Assembly: GCA_977016875.1 (NCBI GenBank)
Contig: CDRNST010000064.1
Location: 620,001-684,000, forward strand
Direction of reading: 5' to 3'
DNA: 64,000 bases
Source of the DNA: Pavona decussata
Lineage: Eukaryota
The translations under genes and the position numbers were made by a program. This document shows, in pieces, positions 1 through 12,434 of this stretch; position 1 is the stretch's first letter; each line of letters begins with the position of its first letter. The notes under the pieces are model-generated. The model was not told where the DNA came from. It was given only the letters and a program-made list of their open reading frames with translations, and searched no databases.

Positions 1-1418
1 TCAAATGTTTTACAAAAAAAAAAACAATATATGCCCCTTTTGTGGAAAGCCCTTTAATTGTTTTGTTCTTTGAGATGTCCCTTCAGCATTTTTGTTGTTG
101 TTCTTTTAGTGTGGACTCAGCCAATGACTCCCAAGTCCTTGAAAAAGCCAAAGGAGAGTTGTTGCACTATGTTGTGGCCCTGAAGAGTGCCAGTGGTCAA
201 ATGCTGAGATAAAAGATAATGACATGATATGGCCCATCACTGATAGATAGATGCTCCTAGTAATGGGCTTCCGATGTTGTGTACCTTAAAGGACACCTTT
301 ACACTGAATACTACTCTAGAATTTAACATTTACTTTCGATATCGGTTGCATGCATGTGGCATGCCATACGTGCGTGAATACCAAAATGATAGGAGCAGCT
401 TGTGTGAATGAAAAAAAAAAGTCAATAATTGACATAATATATTAGTTATAGGACAGTTTATCCATGGTGTGCTCATAAATTTTATTCCTTTTGTTAATTA
501 GTGGTATTCAAAAGGCACTTCCTCTCCACCCACAGGACAGATCAGAAAAAGAAAGGTGGAAGTTACGTAGAACACAAACGAATATGTTGACAGCAGGGTA
601 GAAAAAGAGAGGTAAGATTTCGATTACAATACATGTTTTGTTGCACCATGAAGAAGCCACAAAATCTTTGAACCTTGGTTTATTCATATTATTGATGACT
701 TGTTTCCTCTCGTCTATCTCTACTGTATGTGTGGGTAGCAGGAACAAAACACAATCAAATAGTTATTGGGTTGCCAAATTCTCGGCTTTAGATATCAAGC
801 GGCTAAACTTACCTCATTTGACAGTTTCAATGACAGCACAGTCAGTTTCCACAATCTTGAAGAAGGAGGCATGTCAAACAGTATGTCTGTGCGCGAGAAG
901 GTGCCATCACACGACAACGCAATAGCGGAAAAACAAAAATGCCGCGCCAAGTTACTTATGTAAACTATGCTAACATAGTCCCTTTAACCCTCACAAACTA
1001 TAGTTCAGGTTATGGTTACCCCATTGGCACAAACTCGTCAGGTGCGATTCAAGTACCAACTAACTTTCGCTCAAAGGACAAACTCCTTCAGTATCTGAAA
1101 CGATACTTTGGTTGCTTAAGTGTGAGCAACATGCCCTGCTCGTTTTACAAGTGACCACAAGGCAGGGGTCTTAGCCTAATTTCATTCTCCTCCTACAGAA
1201 AATTGCGAGAGGCTACCGGTTATCATTCCAGACCCTACACACTTTCCTAACAATGCCTATGCAAATCCTCCAATCCCAAACACATCCTTAAAACAGCAAC
1301 TGAATCAACTACATCTCAATTCGCTAGAAGGATTTAATACAATGCATAGCCAAACTACACCAAACCAGTACTTGCCTTGTCCTTTTTAAGTGTAAATACC
1401 TCCTTGTCCTCTGCAAAT
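1..1418. repeat. Dispersed ~1.4-kb duplication, copy A (truncated by window start)
   Basis: Aligns by eye with 19698-21171, with scattered substitutions and small indels; ORFs 508-963 are paralogous to ORFs 20203-20856. Confidence 0.9.
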
Positions 1419-1613
1419 GCAGAATAATAGTGCAACGTTTTCTGGGGCTTTAAATTGACGTCATACACATCTCTCTGTTATTAACTAATTCCTTTCTGAT
1501 TCAACTGATTCGACTGATACGTGATGATTTAAGAGCGTTATTTTTTTGGATAACTTTTTTTGTGACACTATTGAATGCAATTTTCTGTTATAATCATTTT
1601 TAAAACTCACTAG

Positions 1614-3084
1614 GTTACATTGCTGAACGGAAAAGTTGTCAAGTACGAGTACCTCAAAGAAGGCAGTGTTGAAGGAAATGACTCGACTGATAATTCTGTG
1701 CTGGCCAAGGCTTTTCTAGTTTGCATGAGAACAGCTTCAGTGAACATTCAGATGAAGAGCCACTAGACAATACGCCTTCAGACAAAGAAGACAATGTAAG
1801 TATTTACTATTATTTTAATTGGTTTTGGCAGCTCTGTTGTGACTCTTATGGGTCCCTCACTAAAACTACGTGTTTCCCGTGGAATGGTTTACCAAGCGAA
1901 ACAAAATTAACTAGAGCCTGATCACAGTTTGTAAAAAAGTAACAATTAAAATGATGATATTACATGCATAAATTTACGATCAAAATTATAAATAAATATA
2001 CTGAATAAGAGTTTTTTCCCTCGGATAACTGTTCCAAAGTTTTGTGGCAGTTTATGTCGACGCATTTGTTGTTTTGAGCCTGAGAAAGGCCAAAATTTTA
2101 ACTAACATTTGAGATTGTTATAAAGGGGGTCTATAAACTAGCCGGAAAGTTACTCCCAAATTTGTCATCAGGACCATGTTTTGTGACATGATGTAATTAA
2201 TATTTGCAGTGATTTTTTTCAATAATATGTAATTATAACACATCATTTCTCTCATGTACCACATAGGACCTGTCAGACCTGTGGCCGATCAATAATGACT
2301 ACGAGTCCGAAATTGATGACGTATTGGAAAAGATGCAGTTTGAAGAGGCCTTAAAAGAACTCAGAAAATCAACAACAAATTTTGAAAAATCAACAGGAAA
2401 TTAAAGACTATCTGCCATAGAAGGGCTCTTAAACCAAAGGCTAGAAAAGCGGGCAAAGGGAGCTCTTCAGGCGCCAATTTTGTCATCCGCTGCTGTCAGT
2501 GACAAGACCCCTTTCGCCAGTTCCACGCCAGCCCAAGTTAGAGTGATTCCAAGGATTAGCCACTCTGTTTCTACACTCCAGTCAACGCAGCTATCCCATA
2601 CACCGGCTTCCTTAACATCCCCAGGCAACTCTACCTCCCTGAGCAGTGTGTCGCAAACCGAGAGTTCAAGCCCTCCACTTCCCTTAGTTATAGCTGGTGG
2701 AAACGCTATGTCAGTGAATTCAGAAGACAACGATACCACAGGAAATTCATCTTCCCTTGCAAACTACAATGCACCTATTCCTCACGAAGTGCTAAACATC
2801 GCCTCTGCAATTGTTGTAATTGCAAATCCTTTGTTTTCAAATTAATGGACAACTTGTTTAACAAAAAAGAATTGGCCACCTCGAGTTTGCAGGGGGCTGT
2901 TAGAAAGTATAGAGGGGCTACATGTAACTTAACTAAGAAAACTCTTTCTCCTTCCAGGATGAGAACCATATTTAAGGCTGCCAAACTGCGTTTCCCCATT
3001 GAGTTTTCAACCATATCGAACACGCCTGAATTTAAAGAGGCCATAAACATGAAATGCCGAAATACAGAGTTTAAGGACAGCTAG
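1614..3084 (+). pseudogene. Spliced, frameshifted BEN-domain gene (probably transposon cargo)
   Basis: Exon 1614-1795 (tag|...|gtaagt), acceptor at 2266, Ser-rich linker 2480-2845, then LMDNLFNKKELATSSL...LSPSRMRTIF...EAINMKCRN, a BEN-like pattern. Confidence 0.6.
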
Positions 3085-4479
3085 CTAAGTCCTCTCAGTT
3101 TAGTTTTATTGGCAGACCACTTGTGCTGGTTACGCAGCATTATTGTAGTTTACATTAGTTGCTTTAGCCGTTTTTAGCCTAGCTTTTTAGCATGTTTTAC
3201 TTTGTGATTTTGTATTTTTATAGTTTGATTTCTTTGCAACACCCCTAGCTCCGTGGTAGATGACGTGGGCATCAAGAAGATTAATATACATGAATTACTA
3301 CAAGAAGAATAGAAGTGGCGTTTTCAAACATCAAAAATTATTCTGGCAGTGATTATCAGCACAAGAGCAAACTTTGGTCGAGCCAAGATTTTGCCGGCCA
3401 TGACTTCACTCGTCCACTGATACAGCCAGCTATGCAGGAATCAGCACGACTACATTGACTTAATTCCTCGTACATGTACTTACCCTTGATTAAACTCAGT
3501 TCTAGCAGGAATGAAAAATTATAACGGAGCAAGGATAAAGATACATGTTATTTGCTTGAAAAATCAACTGTATCATTATTCTTTCATCTTTATCCACCAA
3601 TCTATGCTAAGAGGCGCAAAGGGGAAGAGCGGGAAGATGCGAGGCATTTGACGTTTGTGACGTACATTTTGTTTTCCAGTAAACACCCCTAATTCGAGGT
3701 ATTAAGCAAAGCCAATCATATTCCGGGTTTCGGGTTTTGGGTGATTTATTGGCTGTAAATTTGACAGTCAAAGCCCGAGGTTAGGGATGGAAAAACAGAT
3801 CAAATGCCCTGTGTATCCCCCCCTCCCCCAAATTTCAACTGGTAGTCGATTGTCTCTCCTTTACGTGTGACTTGTACTATGTAGGCATACTGACAAAACA
3901 AAACAAAACCAACAAGAACAAACTAGCCAGGTAATTGAGTAATCATTGGCCACGGTAAATATTATATATATATTTTTAAATACCGCCTGCAGATACAGAT
4001 AATCGGTACGTGCGGATGTTTACAAGACACACGAAAGTGCCTGCGTGTGTCTTGCTAAAATTGTATTGTTTTGATCACCTATCAAAGTAGTATATTTGCT
4101 CGATCGATAACAAAAGAATCACTTCGTGGTTTGTCTCGCTAGCTTGGCTACCTTGTAATTTCTCACGAAATTTTTGTCGTCCTACAAAGTCACACCCAAA
4201 ACTTGCAACAGTCATAAACACATATGTAAACAACACCATTTTCAATTTCTCGACCTCGAAAATGTACGGCGCTGGAACCAATGAGAAATGCAAATGATGT
4301 CACCATAGGATGTTGAATGGCACAAAAAATATTCTGTATTGGAACTACATGTCCACTGTTGAATCTCGAATCAAGACTTCTCATAGTTTTGGTCTGATAA
4401 CCACTTCCTTTAAACTCCTCGCCACAAGAATATTACATGTCGCTGTAGATTAGGATCAAATGACGCGGAGGTAGAGATT

Positions 4480-5065
4480 CAAGACATCGTTATTAGCCGT
4501 CAAGGAAAGAACTTACGTTGATTTAGCAATTCAACACTTTGTTTTAAGAAGAATGCGTAAGAGGCGTCTGCGTTTACGATTTCTTCATTCGCTCCAGATG
4601 CTTTATTTGTTTTATAGAGCCCGTCGTCTGCAAGTTGCTCGCCAGCCAAGACCTGCTAGGTTTTCCCTCTTCCCCAGAATTGGATACAAGAACTTTTAAA
4701 CAACAGAGCACTTGATCACTGGTGGAAGGAAAACTTCAGAGTGTCTTGGGCTACCTTTGAGTTTATCTGCCAGCTTGTAGAGCCGGAAATAATTTGTCAA
4801 ATAGAATGCGTGATGCTATTCCAGTCGACAGGTGAGTGGCTGCGAGTCCGTGGCGTTTAGCAACTGGCAAGTGCTACCGCTCATGCGGACTGATGATCGG
4901 ACTAGTAAAACCCACAGTGGTTAAGTACTGTCATGAATTTGTAGCGGAATTTTCCCTTCTCCAGGATGAATTAATTAACTTCACTTCCATGAGGGCGGGA
5001 ATAAACAAAAAAATTGAAGGTTTTGCCGAAAAGAGTAAGATTCCAAATGTAGTTGCGATCAATGA
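4480..5065 (+). mobile_element. PIF/Harbinger transposase N-terminal fragment (degenerate)
   Basis: WWKENFRVSWATFEFICQLV ... WRLATGKCYRSCGLMIGLVKPTVVKYCHEFV ... IPNVVAIN, typical HARBI1-like motifs with frameshifts. Confidence 0.75.
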
Positions 5066-5836
5066 TTATTATTTAATATCCCTTCTTGAGAATGTAAAAT
5101 GCCATTTACAAATTAAACAGAAGAGATTGGAGAAGGCAAAATCAGTGCAAGATTTCAGAATGTCTGATCAGTTGACCCTTGAAATCAGGAAACTGCTAAA
5201 AGAAAAAAGTGATCATGAGAGGCAGATTACTGCTATCTAAAGAAAAGAAGCAAAGTCCTTATGGTATCACAAAACAGTCTTCCAAAAAAGTGTTCATCTG
5301 GAAGCTACCACAAGTGCATCATCCCAAACTACAGCTCAAGTTGATTTAAACACTTGAACCTCCTCTGTCATCAAGCCACACATTAATACTGAGTGAATCA
5401 GCTGCGGATTCGGATTTTTAAGTGGCCCCTCCAGTTTTGATTTAAACATCTTGTTGATGTGTTTAATGAACAACAAAAAGAGTTGAGCATGCACCAAGCT
5501 TATGGTACTGACGTTCATTTGCCCAATTTTGAAGGGATGGCACTGACAGATTACATAGAGGTTACAAGTGTTGTTTGTGCACAAAGGCATCAACCGACTG
5601 GTATGTTGTGTTTCTGCGAAGGGTTAAAAAGTTGCTAGGTGTATTGAAAAGGAGGGATCAATGAAGTTTAAGGATCTAGAAGAGTTTATTCATCTCTACA
5701 TGTACGCCAAAAACGTTTACAAATGCCACTGGCAGCAGTTGCGGTAGGAAATCAAAAACAAGGGACCCGCAGGCTTGTTCTTGTATAGAAGCGGCAGTTT
5801 GTTAATTACAAGATTTTTCAGTCCCCTCAAAGTAAG

Positions 5837-6247
5837 TTGGTAGAGCCCCAGCAAGAATGCATGTCCAAAGAACAGATCAAAAAACTTCTTGGTCTTGCTG
5901 GGAGTGAAGCAGAAAGGGAACAGCTACGGTTCGCTGTTGTGAAAGGGTATGGAATGTCATCTGAAAAGGCATGCAGTGTTAATGGTTTCCATGACATGAG
6001 CAAAAGATCGGAGAAGGTATTAAATGCAGCTGAGAAAGGACAAGCTATCAAGGAATGCATGCTTAAGGTTGTCCAGTTGAAGGATAAAGCACCGCTTCAG
6101 GCGTTTGATGTTGACGACAGTGGAAGTGAAGGTAGTGAATCTGAAAGTGAGACTGACACTGATTCTGACGAGACCTCTGTTGCTGGAGCAAGTAATACCT
6201 TACATGACGAAGAGTCTACAAAATTCCCATCTTTTTCATTTCCATGA
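5837..6247 (+). pseudogene. Fragment of an uncharacterised, probably transposon-derived protein with an acidic tail
   Basis: 136-codon ORF with protein-like composition among degenerate coding fragments at 5070-7000; no domain recognised. Confidence 0.3.
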
Positions 6248-7463
6248 GAACACTGAGTATGTTTATTGACATGATTAAATTAAGCAAAAGATATGTCGAT
6301 GTTCTTTAAACTCAGCGAACAAACTATTAAAGATGGCATTATTATTTCTATAAGCAATGAAAGTTTATAATATGAAAGCACTGGAAACTTCAAATTTTCT
6401 CAAATTCCTTTGCATCATGTCATACATGCACACATGTAGCATTTCCTAAGATACATTGATAGACAGACAGGCACACAGATAGACAGACAGCCTTTGGTAT
6501 AAACAACTGACTATTTTAGCCTCCGGAAGACAAGAAAAATTTAGGTGTCTCTCTTAAGTGTCACAACCTTTCGTTTTACAGGCAGAGAGCAAGTGTCTGC
6601 TGGAGTTGTGCCACTTGACTCAGCAGCTGCAGGTACAAAGGGTTGTGAGAGTGCCTTGGCAGTTTACCTTCTTGCTACTGCAAACTGTGCCGAGAAAAGG
6701 TATGTTACAGTAGGGTTCCAAACAGATAAAAAGTGGACGAAACTGAGTAGCGCTTTTAAGCGAATTAATACCTTACAACTATCTTACTGTAAGTTTATTT
6801 CATTTACATGTACACTACATTATCAGCATGGAAGAACATTGTTGTTTTACCTGTCCCGATGGAATTATTTTTAATTATTTATTACTTTTTGTAGGAGTGA
6901 ATTGAAAATATTGATTGTCAGATTGAATGAAGAAAAGAGCATCCTCGAAGAGGAGGGTATCACTGTAGATGGCATACACTATAAAGTTTTATTTAAAGAT
7001 ACTCAAGGTCATCCGTGATCAGCGGTCAGCAGACAAGATGGCTGCCTTTTTCTTCGCTCTTGAAGAAATTGTAGTGAACTGCAGTTTAGTGTTCTGTAAC
7101 GTGTGATTTAACCTATTTGTGTTTTACTAAGATCACAAGGTATGGGAAGAAAATTATGCAAGTTATGTTACTGCCATCCAGTCAGATTTCTCTAAGCCAG
7201 TGAAATCTTTGAAACCTCAGCTGGATATATGTCCTCTTCAGTCTGAAAAGATGTCCACTCTCACTGAATTCTGGAAATGTCACTGATCTCCCATGTACAT
7301 CTGTCACTGAAGAGATGCCCACTCCCTCATTGGATCCTGGAAATGTCACTCCTCTTCTAGGTACATCTTTCAATATCATCTCTAACAACAGTACACCTTC
7401 AAATAGAGGTAGCCATATCCCAGGAACTCCAATAAGCTCTACTAGTACAGTGTCCATGCCAGG

Positions 7464-8129
7464 ATGTCTATCAGTGCTTCCTCTGTCTTCCATGCTGACC
7501 TTACTTCATCAGATCAATCTCAGATGACATACCACTTTGATGCATGGCTAACAAACCTTGCAGGACTGACGAGAAAGAACCTAAGCAACATTACTGTGTT
7601 TCCACCAGCTGCTGGACGTCCTTTCAGTAGTGGTATCACTGTGGAATTTGCAACATACATTGAAAGTGACCCCCTCTCAATGACCAAAAGACCTGCAGAA
7701 GGATTAGTAAATGAGGCTGAAGAAGCATTCAGAAGTGACCCGAATTCCCATCAGAGGCCTACAGGTGTTGTGATTGGAAATCTAGGAACATTTTCTAGGG
7801 ATGGGGTCTCAGTATTATGCAAATTCTGTGATATCTCATCACTTAGATCATCTATTCCTAGTGAAGACAGGTGGGTAACGGAAAATTATGATGGCCTTAG
7901 TGTTGATGAAATATCCTGTATTAAAGAGGTGCTGTGGAATCGGAGGACAAGCGAGTCAATCTTGAGACCTGGCCGGAAGTCCCTTGATGTTTCATCTTTC
8001 TCCACTCTTGTTGGCGAGAGGTACTTAGATAATTTTGTCACTAATGTCACCATATGGCACTACCTTCAAGATTGTCAAGTCCATTCAAATGCATTTTTAA
8101 TGACCCTTCTTGGGCCTTTTACGGGCTGA
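7464..8129 (+). pseudogene. Possible Ulp1/C48-peptidase-associated protein fragment
   Basis: 221-aa ORF ending LDVSSFSTLVGERYLDNFVTNVTIWHYL, resembling the start of Ulp1-like domains; no catalytic triad seen. Confidence 0.35.
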
Positions 8130-10469
8130 AAGCAACAGAGGAGCTTGGCTTTTTGAGGCTGCAACTCTGAGAGATAGAACATTCTTCTCCAGCTGCTTTC
8201 TAGGAAACAAAACATCAAGCAGTAGTGCGAGTATTTCAAACCATTTCCTTATTCAAGTTAACACATTTTCTGTTGTAGCTATGACAAAACATTGGGTATC
8301 AACACAACCTAATGGTCTATTTTACGCTGTTGCTCTGTGAGAATTTTGTTCTCCCGGTGTTTCAGAGGCAAGTACTGTAACTTAGAATAACAAGCAATTA
8401 TAAGACATATCTTGAACCTCAAGCCTCCAATACTAATTAATTAACCCACTAGTTTGGCCTTGTTGAAGCAACAGAGAAGTTTAGCCTCTGTTGCTCAGAG
8501 GGAAATAAAAACCATAACTATCACAATTTTTAACCTTTGAAATCTGTCAAGGAAATTTTATTTGCTCTGAACAGGTGATGGCTTTTATTTACTGTATTCT
8601 TTAACGTTTACAGATCTTTGCCTTATCACCACTAACAATTAGTACAATACCGAAGCTCCCAGAGAGGCTTAAGCCTTTCACAATCTAGGCTGTAACTTCA
8701 TTTCTGCAAAATGTATTACCAGGTTTTGACTTGAGGCAGGACACCACCTTAGATAGCTTTGTATTGTAGGATGGAACCATGGGAAAAAATTATCTAGTCA
8801 TTAATCACTAGAAATAAAAGGACGACTTCAACATTGAGGGCCATAAATATAACTATGATTCATGTTGTTAGCTGTAGGTAAGTGATAACTTTTATTTCCT
8901 GTTTTCTTGTTTGTAGAGCTTAGCCTGAGTAAATTACATGGTTTTTGTGCTGAAGCTGAAAATTGCACCATTGGGATGGAAATTAATTCCTCCAAAAATG
9001 TACAATGCTGGTTAAAAGTGTAGAAGTATGCATGCATATAGTAAATTTTCCACTTTTCACCAAAGCTTGACAACTGTCCTAAAGTCTTTTGACCTACATT
9101 ATAGTTTAATCGTTAGTATGGCTTGTGGCCTTCAGGCTGAGGATTCTTAGGCCATGTCGATTTAAAAGTTATATTGAAGCAACTGTACCTTTGGGAAATA
9201 AAATAATATCTTTGAAGCAACATGTGATTGGTAATTATTGCAACTCATACCTTGCCAATAAGGCTAATTATTGGCCATAAGCATCTATTTGGTAAAATTC
9301 TGACACATGGACTTGTTATATGTCAATAAGAACAAGAATTGTTAAGAAAACTTGTCAGTGACCGTTTCACTCTTAGAACTAATGGAGGCCTAATGTTTTA
9401 AACTCTGGATGAAATCTAGTGATCATAGAAACTAAAATGGTCCAAAGATAATTACAAAACTTGTATTTTCTTGAATTTTTTCCTGGCCACCAGAGGAAGT
9501 GAAAATGTTAACATATATTATGTCATGTCAATTTCTTTTTTCAAAATGGTAATAAAAATGATAAAAAGTACAGTGAATATTGCAAGTATAGGGCTGACAT
9601 TAACTCACAGTCATAAATAGGACTCCATATGAGTTTAAACTCCCTGGTTGCTCTTCCTTCTCCACTGCTACAAATTATCTCAGACTTTAGAGAGGCTTGC
9701 TGGTGCACTAGTTTCCTTTTTGCAGCTTCGAGGGCAGCACGACCAGAGAGCTGAGGGGCAGGGTCCTTCATTTCTTTGGAACCGCTAAATGCGTTGGACA
9801 GGCGCAGTTCCACAGTTTTTTGCTTGGAAAGAGCTCTTTACATGTCCCCCATAGCGTAAGTTTTGTAGCACATGCGCAAGGCCTTATCCTTCCAAAGTGG
9901 TGGTTTTAGGTGTCTGCACTTTTACTGAATTTAGGATACCACTCCCTAACCTCTTTAACAAGCGACAAAAGAATTCACGTTTGACGCCTGTAAAAATGAA
10001 GTGGCACCATTTCACTGAAAGAAAAAATAAACTAGATTAAAATTTGTTTTATCATCTCCACAAGAACATGTAAACCCAGTAATGTTTGGAGGTAGCTCTT
10101 GACTTTTGCTGATCAGTTTCACATTAAATTCCTGGTTAAGCTGAAGAAATAGGGTCAGGGTAAAATGTAGCAAGGGGGCATAGGGCGATACTAACAATAT
10201 ATGGCTCTGATAACCATAAGCTTTCTGCATTTTCACATACTTCTCTACCTCGCATAACAGGACATTTACTTGTGTGCAAAAGAGTCGTTCGCAAGGTGCG
10301 AGAGACGAGCGCAGGGAGGAGGGGGAAAATGCACATATAACTCATGATGAAGCATGCACTGATCAAAGTTGAGGAACTGAGGGGAAATCAACTTTCGATA
10401 CTAACCTGGAACGTAGGGATTGTGTGCGGAGTTTACACATTCCACAACTTCAGCCAGCCAGAACAAATA

Positions 10470-10655
10470 CTAGTCCCTGTTCTTTAGAAGTCGAGGTCTC
10501 ATTGTTGGGGCTTGCTTCTCACCAAATGACAACGTTATGTTTTCTGGCAACTTGTTTCCAGGGTGCTTTGTGCTGAGATGCGATTTTAATGCATTTCTTG
10601 TCTGAAAAGACTTTTCGCATTGCGGACATTGAGCAACGTAAACGTCAGCCATCAT
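10470..10655 (-). pseudogene. C2H2 zinc-finger-containing fragment
   Basis: CPQCEKSFQTRNALKSHLSTKH fits C-x2-C-x3-F-x5-L-x2-H-x4-H. Confidence 0.55.
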
Positions 10656-11253
10656 CTCACGCGAAATACTCAAACCAGTTGTGGGTGAGTCTCAAACCAA
10701 ACTGCCAAACAATGTGGTATTCTGTAAAGAAAGTTCTATTGTTCTCATGGTGACAAATTAAGCTTAAGGCTAGTAAAGTTGTAAGCCATGTTATGGGTTT
10801 TGACGCATTCAGTAAAGGCCCTGACTCACATGAAAATATATATTCTCTTAACTATCTGGCATTTCCGGAGGAAACCCGCGGTACATGAAACATTGCATTG
10901 GGGAGAACTACTATTTAATAGTGTGTATATCTTGGTTTTCACGCGACATCACTATAGGTGGTTTGCACTGCCGCCATGTTGATGGACAAAACAAAAGAAA
11001 CTTTGCATAAAAATGGAAGGTAACTTCCGGTGGAGAAAATCTTATTGTTCCTGTCCACCAACATTGCTAAAACTGTGGGCCCCAAACTTATGTTAAGCAC
11101 AAAATATGTAACACATTGCACACCTTTTCGCCTTTTCCTACATGTAAAGCCGCTAGTGTAGGTGTTGTTTTACGTAATGTAAAATTTATTTTAGTCTTAT
11201 CTAGGTGTATATACCGGTCTGACACGACAAAAGCTTTTTATCTCTACAGAGCT

Positions 11254-11298
11254 CCCCTGCTGATGTTCACCTATTCAATAGGTGGACATCAGTAGGGG
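11254..11298. repeat. 45-bp near-perfect palindrome (hairpin)
   Basis: cccctgctgatgttcacctatt-c-aataggtggacatcagtagggg: 22-bp arms with two mismatches. Confidence 0.85.
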
Positions 11299-12434
11299 TT
11301 GGCCATTTCAGACCTCTATGAATCTCGTCATGTTAATTATTTAAGTTTGTATACAGAAAGTATATACTGTTTTCTTTTGAAATGATAGTTTAGTGTTTTG
11401 AATACTTTTTGTATACCTTCTCGTCTGTTTATTCAAGTTTGTATACAAAAAGTATACTATTTTTCTGTTGAAGTGATAATTCAGTGTTTCGTCTACTTTT
11501 CTTCTGATCTGTTTATTTTGCCAGAATTGTGCCCACTTAGAGTAACTTTAAGTATTCAAAAAGTATACTTCAAGAAGTTGATAGACCATGATGACAAATA
11601 TACAAAAAGCATACTACTGGGGTATACTTGTATACTACTGGAGTTTACTTTCTGAACTCTGGGTAGAAGAAGTATGGAAGAAATTCCAAGAGATACAAAG
11701 TCTTTGTCAGTTGATGACCTAGCGTTTTTACTGGTTGATTTAACCGAGGGACAGGCTAGTGGGGAACAGGCTGAACTTCCACTTAGTCACGCATCTTCTA
11801 GTCGAATGTGTACACCTAATGAGAATACAGAAGGAAATGTTACTGATGAACGAAGGGTGGAGAGTGCGGAACCTATGACAGAACATATTGAGATGGGAAC
11901 GTGCAATGATCTGCTATTTCGTGATTGTCTTCGGGTGGTTGTTAATTTATCTAGCAGAGAGCTTACACAAGCTGAGATCTCCGTATTATCAAAAGGGTTA
12001 TCATTTTGTCCGACTCCAAGGAGGACTGATATCTTTGCCTTGAGGAAAGACATGTTTGACTATGTAAGACGTCTGCGCTTAAAAGAGTATTATTGTGGTG
12101 ATGAAGAGGTCGATGGGGACTTTTCAGAAACACCTGGGTTTTGAAAACAGTCTACTTGGTGCCCAAGGAGAAACAGAGATGTGGTATTAGAAACTTACAT
12201 GTGAGTATGCTTGAGAGTAAGATATTCTGACAAGATTTGAGAGTTCATTGTCAAAGAAATTTATCGAAGGAGGAACAGAAAGCATTTTGACAATTTGAGG
12301 GGATATACTGATATTGTTATAAAGCAGGCGGATAAGGGTTCTGTATGTTGGTGAAGCCACGAGGCAGCTGAATGATAAGGATGTCTATATTCCATTGAAC
12401 AAAGACCGAACAGAGGAAATGATTGAGATAATAA

